Assembly (NCBI GenBank): GCA_009914755.4
Contig: CP068257.2
Coordinates: 5,824,001 to 5,888,000 of the forward strand
Direction: 5' to 3'
Length of the DNA: 64,000 nt
DNA from: the human T2T-CHM13v2.0 reference genome, Homo sapiens
Part shown: one piece after another, positions 54,301 to 64,000 of the stretch
Layout of the letters: every line of letters starts with the position of its first letter
How positions within the stretch are numbered: the stretch's first letter is position 1
Position numbers and translations under genes: made by a program
Notes under the pieces: model-generated
Databases searched by the model: none
The model's input: the letters and a program-made list of their open reading frames with translations, nothing else
What the model was told of the DNA's origin: nothing

Positions 54301-57300
54301 CATTCCACTCCACTCCATTGCATTCCCTTGAATTCCACTCCACTACCTTCCATTCCACTCCCTTCTATTCCATTCCACTCTACTCCATTTTATTCCACTC
54401 CACTACATTCCCTTCAACTCCATTCCATTCCACTCCACTCCATTTCATTTCATTCCATTCCATTCATTTCCATTACACTCCGTTCCATTTCATTTCATTC
54501 CACTTGTCTCCACTCCATTTGACTCCATTCAATTCCATTCCATTCCATTCCACCACCCTCCATTTTATTCCACTGCACTACATTGACTTCAACTCCATTC
54601 CATTCCATTCCATTCCACTCCACTCCACTCCACACCACAACACTCTACTCCACTCTACTCCATTCCATTCTACTCCACTGCATTCTATTCCACCCCACTT
54701 CATTCAATTCCACTCCATTCCACTCAACTCTACTCTACTCCATTCCTTTCCACTCCACTCCACTCTACTCCAATCCACTCCATTTCATTTCACTCCACTC
54801 AATTCCATTCCACTCCACTCCATTCCTTTCCACTCCACTTCATTTCTTTACTATCCACTTCGTTCCATTCCAATCCACTGCACTCCACTCAACTCCATTC
54901 TAATCCACTCCATTCCTTTTCATTCCACTCCATTCCATTCCATTCCACTCCATACCATTCCACTGAACTCCACTGTATTCCACTCCATTCCACTCCACTC
55001 CATTCCATTCGACACCCATCCTCTCCATTTGACTCCATTCCTCTCCATTCCATTCCACTCCATTCCGCGACCCTCCACCCCTTTCTTTCCACTCCACTCC
55101 ATTGCAATCCATTTCACTCCATTCCATTCCACTCCACTCCATACCACTCCAATCAACTCCACTCCACTCTACTCCATTCCTTTCCATTCCACTCCATTCA
55201 ACTCCATTCCATTCCACTCTATTTTATTCCTGTCCACTGCATTCCCTTCAACTCCATTACTTCCATTCCACTCTATTCCACTCCAAACCACTCCACTTCA
55301 TTCCATTCCACTCCATTGCATTCCATTCCTCTCCACTCCATTTTATTCCACTCCGCTACATTCCCTTCAAATCCATTCCGTTCCACTCCATTCCATTCCA
55401 CTCCACTCCATTCCATTCCAATGATCTCCTTTCCACTCTATTCCATTCCACTCCTCTCCATTCCATTCCATTCCACTCTACTCCACTCCACTCTATTGCT
55501 CTCCACTCTAATCCACTCCACTCAATGGCATTCTAATCAATTCCACTCCACTCCTTTCCATTCCATTCCATTCCCTCCACTCCACACCATACCACTACAC
55601 TCCACTCCATTCCACTCGACTCCATTGTGTTCCACTCAACTCCCTTCGATTCCATTATATTCCATTCCACTCTTCTCCATTCCACTCTATTCCACTGAAT
55701 TCCATTTCATTCCACTGCATTCCACTCCACTCCACTCCACTCCAGTCCTCTCCACTCCATTCCATTCCACTCTGTTCCATTCCATTCCAATCCACTCCAT
55801 ATTTTTCTACTCCACTTCATTCCATTGTACTCCGTTCCACTCCATTCCATTCCCCTTCATTCCGTTCTATTCCATTCCTTTCCATTCCATTCCACTGCAC
55901 TTCACTCCATGCCACTCCACTCCATTCCATCCTTCTTAATTCAATTCCATTCCTTTCACTTCCATTTCACTGCAATCCACTCCATTCCACTCCACTCCAT
56001 TCCACCAGACTTAATTCCATTCCATTCCACTTCATTCCATTCCATTTCACAGCTCTGCATTCCACTCCACTCCATTCCATTCCACCCCACTTCTCTGCAA
56101 TCACCGCTACTCTTCTCCATTCCATTCCATTCCACCCCATTCCATTCCACTCCACTCCATTCCACTCCACTCCATTCCACTCCATTCCACTCCACTCCAC
56201 TCCACTGCATTCTATTCCACGCCACTCCACTCCACTGCACTCTATTCCACTCCCCACCACTCCATTCCATTCCACTCCACTCCTCTCCACTACACACAAC
56301 TGCATTCCAATCCACTCCATTCCACTCCTCGCCTTTCCACTCCACTCCATTCCATTTCTTTCCACTCCATTCCACTCCACCCCATTCCATTCCATTCCAC
56401 TCCATTCCACTCCACTCCATTCCATTCCACTTCATTCCATTCCTCTCCATTCCTTTCCACTCTATTCAACTCTATTCCATTCCACTCCTCTCCACACCAA
56501 TCCACTTCACTCCACGCCACTCCATTCCATTCATTGTTTTTCCATTCCATTCCATTCCACTCAATTACATTCAATTCCACTTCATTCCACTCCACTTCAC
56601 TCCAGTCCACTCCTCCCCACTCCATTCCATTCCACCCCACTCCACTCCATTCCACTCCACTCCCTTCCACTCTACTCCACTCGATTCCAATCCACTGCAT
56701 TCCAATCCTAATCCATTCCACTCCACTCTATTCCACTCCAATCCACTCGAATCCACTCCACTCCATTCCACTCCATTCCCTTCAACTCCATTCCCTTCCA
56801 CTGAACTCCATTCCAATCCTTTAAATTCTGTTACATTCCATTCCCTGCCATTCCAATCCATTCCATTGCATTCTACTGTACTCCACTCTACTCCATTCCA
56901 TTCCATTCCACTCCACTCCATTTTATGCCACTCCTTTACATTCCCTTCAATTCCATTACATTCCTTTCCACTCCATTCTTCTCCACTGTACTCCACTCTA
57001 CTGCATTGCATTCCATACCACTCCATTCCACTACATTCCATTCCATTCCATTCCATTCCAATCCATTCCTCTCCATTCCATTCCACTCCATTCCACTCCA
57101 CTTCATTCCATTCCATTCCCTTCCGCTCCACTACATTCCGCTGCACTCCATTTAATTTTGTGCTCTCCTTTCCTCTTCACTCCATTCCATTCCACTCCAC
57201 TCCTCTGCAATCACCGCCACTCCACTGCACTCCATTCCATTCCATTTAACACCACTCCATTCCACTCCACTCCATTTCACTCCACTCCATTCCACTCCAC

Positions 57301-57447
57301 TCCTCTCCACTCCATTCCTTTCCACACCACTCCATTTCATTGCACTCCATTCCATTCCAGTCCACGCCAATCTTTTCCACTCCATTCTTTTCCATTCCAT
57401 TTCACTCCATTCCATTCCACTACACACCACTCCATTCCATTCCAGTC

Positions 57448-57860
57448 CAATACACACCACTCCATTTTTATCCTCTCCAATCCCCTCCACTCCTTTCCAC
57501 TCCCCTCTGCTCGATTCTACTCCACTAAATTCTACTCCACTCCTTTCCATTCTGAACAATTCCATTCTATTCCACTGCAATCCACTCCACACCACTCCAT
57601 TCCATTCCACTCCATTCCACTCCAATACACACTCCATTTCTATCCTCTCCAATCCACTCCACTCCTTTCCACTCCCCTCCCCTCGATTCCACTCCACTAA
57701 ATTCCACTCCTTTCCATTCCATTCCAATCAATTCCATTCCATTCCACTGCAATCCACTCCACTCCACTCCAATACACTCTTCTCCACTGCATTCCACTCC
57801 ACTTCATTCCACTCCCCTCCGCTTGATTCCACTCCACTAAATTCGACTCCACTCCATTCC
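57448..57860. repeat. HOR-like block: ~155-165-bp unit repeated ~2.6 times.
   Basis: The unit caatacaca(cc)actccattt.tatcctctccaatcc.ctccactcctttccactcccctc..ctcgattc.actccactaaattc.actcc...tccattcc.ttccactgcaatccactccac begins at ~57448, ~57613 and ~57769. The marker gattccactccactaaattc also recurs at ~58812. Confidence 0.75.
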
Positions 57861-60800
57861 ATTCCATTCCACTCAACTCCACTCTACTCCGCTCCACTGC
57901 ACTCTATTCCATTCCTTTCTTTGCTATTCCATTCCATTCCATTCCAATCAATTCCATTCCCTTCTACTGCAATCCACTCCACTCCACTCCAGTACACCCC
58001 TCTCCATTGCATTCCATTCCACTCCATTCCATTCTATTCCACTCCATTCCACTCCATTTTATTCTACTCGAATGCATTCCTATCAACTCCATTCCAATCC
58101 ACTCCATTCCACTCCACCCCATTCCACTCCACTACCCTCGGTTCCACTCCGCTTAATTCCACTCCACTCCATTCCATTCCATTCCATTCCATTCCATTCC
58201 ATTCCATTCCACTCCTTTCCATTCCACTCCACTCATTTCCACTCCATTCCACTCCACTCCACTACATTCTACTCCACTCCTCTCCATTCCACTCCATTCC
58301 TTGCTATTCCATTCTATTCTGTTCCACTCAATTCCATTCCATTCCCCTGCCTTCCACTCCACTCCAGTCCAATCCTCTCCACTCCATTAAATTCCCCTCC
58401 ATTCCATTCCATTCCACTCCATTCGACTCCACTCCACTCTGTTCCACTCCACTTCATTCCATTCCACTCCACTCCATTCCATTCCATTAAATTCCACTCC
58501 ACTACTCTCCATTTCATTCCACTCCACACACTTCCACTACACTCCACTTCACGCTATTCCATTGCACTCCACTCCGTTCCACTCCACTGCATTCTATTCC
58601 ACTCTACTGCCTTCCACTGCATCCATTCCATTCCATTTCATACCATTACACCCCACTCCACTCCACTCCACTCCGTTCCATTCCACACCACTCCACTCCA
58701 CTCCACTGAACACCACTTTATTCCACTACACACAACTCCATTCCATTCCACTCCATTATACTCCACTACACACCATTCCATTTAAATTCACTCCTTTCTA
58801 CTCCCCTCCATTCCACTCCACTCCACTCGATTCCACTCCACTAAATTCCACTCCATTCCATTGCATTCCACTCCAATCCTTTCCACTCCACTCCATTCCA
58901 TTCCATTAAATTCCACTCCACCCAATGCCATTCCACTCCATTCCACTCCCCTCCATTGCATTCCACTCCACTCCTTTCCACTCTACTCCATTCCATACCA
59001 CTCCACCCCACTCAATTCCATTTTACTCCACTTAATTCAACCCCACTCCACTCCATTCCACTCCACTGCATTATACTCCACTCCACTCCATTCCACTCCT
59101 CTCCCTTCCATTCCATTCCATTCTACTCCATTCCATTCCAATCCACTAAACTGCTTTCTAATCCACTCCATTCAACTCCATTCTGCTTCATGCCACTACG
59201 TTCCATTCCACTCCACTGCACTCCACTCCATTCCATTCCATTTCATTCCATTCCTTTCCATTCCAGTTCATTTCATTCCATTCCATTCCATTCATTATAT
59301 TCCATTCCATTCCAATCCATTCCATTCCACAGCACTTCATACCATTCCATTTCTCTCCAATCTATTTCATTCCATTGCATTCGATTCCATTCTATTCAAC
59401 TCCATTCCACTCCTCTGAACTTCACTTCATTCCATACTGCACCACTCCACTCCACTCAATTCCAGTCCACTCCATTCCTTTCCATTCCATTCCAGTCCAC
59501 TCCACTCCTTTCCACTCCATTCTTTTCCATTCCATTCCACTCCATTCCATTCCAATCCATTCCATTCCAGTCCACTCCACTCCTTTCCACTCCATTCTTT
59601 TCCATTCCATTCCACTCCATTGCATTCCACTCAATTCCACTCCATTCCTCTCCTTTCCATTAGACTCCACTCAATTCCACACCACTGCATTCCACTCCAT
59701 TCCATTCCATTATAATGCTTTCCACTTCATTCCATTTTCACTCCACTCCAATCCATTCGACTCCACTCTTGTCCACTCCATCCTACTCTATGCCACACCA
59801 CTCCCCTCGATTCCATTCCACTCCACTCTACTCTTCTCAGCTACACTCCATTGCACCTCAATACTCCCCACTCCACTCCACTCTACTAAAGTGAATTTAT
59901 TTCCGTTCCAGTCCACTCCATTCCATTTCTGACCATTCCACTCAAATCCATTTCATTCCACTCCATTCCATTCCACTCCATTTCATTCAACCTCACTCCA
60001 TTCAATTCGACCCCAACCCACTCAATTCCAATCCATTCCACTCCACTTCATTACATTTCTCTCCATTCCACTCCACTCCACTCTATTCAAAATCTCTCCA
60101 TTCCATTACACTCCATTCCAATCAACTCCGTTCTATTCCACTCCATTCCAATCCGTTCCACTCCATTTCATTCCATTCCATTCCACTCCACTCCCTTCTA
60201 CTCCACTGCACTCCATTCCACTCCACTACATTCTATTCTGCTCCATTCCAGTCAACTCCACTCCATTCCATTACACTCTACTCCATTCCATTCCTTTCCT
60301 TTCCATTCCATTTTATTCTTTTCCCCTCCATTCTATTCCATTCCATTCCATTCCATTCCATTCCATTCCATTCCACACCACTTCACTCCACTACACTGCA
60401 TTCCAGGCCACTACACTCTATTCCACTCCATTCCACTCCATTCCACTCCATTCCATTCCATTCCTCTCCATTCCACTCCACTCCACACAAATCCACTCCA
60501 TCCCACTCCATTCCATTCCAATCCATTCCATTCCCTTCTTCTCCACTCCAATTCATTCCTATCCATTTCACTTCACTTCATTCCACTCTACTGCAATGGA
60601 CTCCATTCCACTCCATTCTATTCCATTCCACTCCATTCTATTCCACCACACACCATTCCATTCCACTCCACTCCATTCAAATCCAAAGCACTCCACTCCA
60701 TTCCATTCCACTCCATTCCTCTCAACTACCCTCCACTCCACTGCAGTTCACTGCATTCGACTCCACTCCATTCCACTCCATTCCACTCCACTCCATTCCA

Positions 60801-63800
60801 CTCCACTCCGCTCCATTGTACTCTACTCCATTCCATTCTATTCCACTCCATTTCATTCCATTCCACTCCACTCCATTCCTCTCAAATCCACACCATTCCA
60901 CTCCACTCCATTCCTCTCCACTCCATTCCTCTCCACTCCAATTCTGCCCCAGTCTATTCCATTCTGTTCCACTTCAGTACATTCCATTCAACTCCATTCG
61001 GCTCCACACTGCTACACTCTAATCCACTCGCTCCATTCCATTCCATTCCATTCCATTCCATTCCATTCCATTCCATTCCATTCCGCTCCATTCCGCTCCA
61101 TTCCATTGCATTCCATTCCTTTCCACTCCATTCCATTCCATTCCATTCCATTCCTTTCCATTCCACTCCATTTCATTCCATATCAGTCCGTTCCACTGCA
61201 TTCCACTCCTTTTCTTTCCACTCTTCTCCACTCGATTCCATTCCATTCCATTTCATTACATTACATTCCACTCCACTCCACTCCATTCCATTCCAATCCA
61301 CTCCACTCCATTACTCTCCATTCCGCTCCTTTCCATTCCATTCCTTTCCATTCCACTCAAATTCATTGCATTCCAATCCACTCCATTCGACTACACTCCA
61401 TTCCTTTCCAATCCATTCCATTCCACTCCACCCCATTGCACTCCACTCCATTCCCTTCCGTTCCATTCCATTCCTTTCCATTCCATTCCATTCAACTCCA
61501 CACCACTCCATTCTACTCTACTCCATTCCATTCCAATCCATTCCACTCAGTTCCATTCCAGTCCACTCCTTTCCATTCCACTCAATTCAATTCCACTCCA
61601 CTCCATTCCATTCCACTCCACTCCTTTTCATTCCATTCCATTCCATTCCACTCCTCACCAATCCATTCCATTCCATTCCATTCCTTTCCTTTCCATTCCA
61701 TTCCAGTCAACTCCACTCCATTCCATTCCATTCCACTCAAATCCATTCTACTCCACTCCATTCCATTCCACTCCATTCCATTCCATTCCATTCCACTCCA
61801 CTCCATTCCACTCCAGTCCATTCCATTCCACTCCACTTCTCTACAATCTACTCCTTTCCATTCCATTCCATGCCTTTCCATTCCACTTCATTCCATTCCA
61901 TTCCATACCTTTCCACACCAATCCATTCCCCACCACTCCATTCCTTTCCTGTCTACGCATTTCAATTCCACTCCATTCCATTCCACACTACTCCATTCCA
62001 TTCTACTCAATTGCAGTCCAATCCACTCCATTCCATCCAACTGCACTCCATTCCACTACACTACACTCCATTCCATTGCACTCCACTTTATTACACTCCA
62101 CTCCATTCTATTTCATTGCACTCCATTCTATTCCCCTCACTCCATTTTATTCCACTCATTTAGACTTCACTCCGTTTCATTCCACAGCATTCAATTCTGT
62201 TCCACTCCATTCCACTCCTTTCCATTCCACTACATCCCCCTCCATTGCATTGCATTCTGCACCATTCCATTCCGCTCTACAACATTCCACTCCACTCCAC
62301 TCCATTCCATTCCACTCCACTCCACTCTACTTGACTCCACTGAAATTGATTATATTCCATTCCGTGCTAGTACATTCCATTCCATTCAACTCTATCCATT
62401 CCACTCCACTCCATTCCATTCCACTAAACTCCATTCCACTGCACTCCATTCCATTCCATTCAACTTCATTCCATTCCACTCCAATCCATTCCATTAAACT
62501 CCACTCCATTCCCCTCCATTAAACTTCATTCCTATACATTCCATTCCTTTACATTCCATTTCATTCCACGCCACTCCTTTCCATTCCACTCCATTCCATT
62601 CAACTCCATTCCTCTCCACTCCTCTCCTTTTCCCTCCATGCAATTCCATTCCTCTACTCCATTCCATTCCACTCCGCTCCACTCCACTCCACTCCATTCC
62701 ATTCCATTCCATTAAATTCCATTCGATTCCACTCCATTTCATTCCATTCAATTCCATGCCACTCCACTTCATTCCTCTCCATTCTGTTCCATTCCACTCT
62801 ACTCCACTCCATTCCATTACATTACATTCACCTCCCTTCCATTCCATTGCATTCCACTAAACTCCATTCCATTGCATTCCACTCTACTCCACTCCATTTC
62901 ATTTCATTCCACTAAATTCCATTCCATTCTACTCCTTTCCACTCCACTCCACCCCATTCCATTCCACTCTACTCCACTCCACTCCATTCTACTCCATTCC
63001 ACTCCATTCCATTCCTTTCCACTCCATTCCGTTCCTTTCCACTCTATTACATTCCACTCCTTTCCATTCCACTCCACTTTATTCAATTCCACTCCACTCC
63101 ACTTCATTCCATTCCATCACACTCCATTTCACTCTACTCCAATGCAATCCACACCATTCCTCTCCACTCTGTTTTATTCCTCTCCATTCCACTCCACTCC
63201 AATCTACTCCACTCCACTCCAACCCAATCCATTCCACTCCACTCCATTCCGTTCCATTCCTTTCCATTCCATTCCATTCCAGTAAATTGCAGTGCATTTC
63301 ATTCCATTCCATTCCTATAAATTGCAGTGCATTTTATTCATTCCATCCCATTCCATTCCATCCCATTGAATCCCAATCCACTCTACTCCACTCTACTACA
63401 CTCCATTTAATGCTGCTGAATTCCATTCGACTCCATTCCACTCCATTCCTTTCCACTCCACTCCATTCCACTGCACTCCACTCCATTCCACTCCTCTCCA
63501 TTCCACTCCACCTCGTTCCACTCCACTCCAATTTATGCCACTCCAATTCTTTCCATTCCACTCCACTTTGTTCCACTCCATTCCACTCTATTCCACTCAA
63601 TTCAATTCAAATCCACTCCATTCCATTAGAATCCATTCCACTCCACTCCATTCCATTTCACACTATTTCACTCCATTTCACTCCATTCCACTCCATTCCA
63701 TTCCATTCTACTCCATTCCACTCCAATCAACTCCAGTCCACTCCACTCATATCAATTCTGTTAAACTCCATTCCATTCCATTCCACTCCTCTCCGTTCTA

Positions 63801-64000
63801 TTCCACTCCACTGCATTCCTTTCCACTCCATTCCTCTCCACTCCATTCCCCTCCATTCCATTCCATTCCACTCTACTCCACTCCAATCCACTTCACTCCA
63901 TTCCACTCGCCTTCATTCCTTTTCATTCCATTCCATTCCATTCCTGTCCATTCTTCTCCATTCCATTCCAATGCACTCCATTCCACTCCATTAAATTCCA

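Larger units (their letters stand above)
8033..64000. repeat. Satellite III / HSat3-type pentameric (ATTCC)n·(GGAAT)n array, C-rich strand on +, >=56 kb. It continues past the window end.
   Basis: The tract is a continuous degenerate ccattccattccactccactcc with 5-bp periodicity and virtually no G on the + strand. It begins abruptly at ...gaggattttgc|actccactccactccattcc. Confidence 0.95.
15473..64000. repeat. HSat3 sub-domain B: Alu-fragment-free (ATTCC)n with numerous local tandem duplications and short HOR-like blocks.
   Basis: No cacccaggctggagtgcagtgg-like sequence occurs after 15472. The isolated GG dinucleotides all sit in ccaggcc or ccggtcc contexts. Confidence 0.8.

Noticed and set aside
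8033-64000. Hundreds of long ORFs in the six-frame track (e.g. 21755..24571, 938 aa; 11212..13917, 901 aa; 45245..47500, 751 aa) with repetitive peptides HSIPFHSTPLHS (+ strand) or [10 protein letters not shown] (- strand).
   Set aside because: These are artefacts of a pentanucleotide repeat. ATTCC contains no stop codon in any frame, and GGAAT likewise contains none but contains ATG. A 5-nt repeat read in triplets gives a 15-nt, 5-aa periodic peptide. There are no start-site context, no codon-usage signal, no domain, and frames overlap each other extensively. None is a gene.

Overview
This window is hominid (almost certainly human) pericentromeric DNA, not a prokaryotic locus, and it contains no supportable protein-coding gene, RNA gene, operon or defence system. 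The evidence is an SVA element, primate L1 elements and a 56-kb (ATTCC)n array. It is the boundary between repeat-rich euchromatin and a Satellite III / HSat3-type (ATTCC)n array, shown on its C-rich strand.

Layout:
- 1-1447: the 3' end of an L1PA-like LINE-1 (frameshifted ORF2 C-terminus, 3'UTR and A-tail).
- 1448-4720: AT-rich low-copy DNA containing a 145-bp direct repeat pair about 740 bp apart and one G4 motif.
- 4721-6404: a compact but complete SVA retrotransposon (hexamer, antisense-Alu-like, VNTR, SINE-R, poly-A). It is flanked by a perfect 14-bp target-site duplication and carries about 106 bp of extra 5' sequence, a candidate 5' transduction.
- 7690-8032: an antisense L1 ORF2 (RT-domain) fragment that ends exactly where the satellite begins.
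- 8033-64000: 56 kb of HSat3. The first 7.4 kb (8033-15472) is punctuated by 17 degenerate copies of a 65-80-bp antisense Alu 3'-end fragment in two spatially clustered sequence subtypes. The remaining 48.5 kb contains no such fragments.

Structures inside the array:
- The array has many local tandem duplications and higher-order-repeat-like blocks (40-330-bp units).
- It contains a 257-bp inverted duplication: 40630-40886 is an inverted copy of 39359-39615, closed by a perfect 18-bp palindrome at 40885-40902. This is the only orientation flip in the whole array.

All long ORFs in the six-frame track inside the satellite (up to 938 aa) are artefacts of a stop-free 5-bp repeat read with a 15-nt, 5-aa period (IPFHS on the plus strand, MEWNG on the minus strand).
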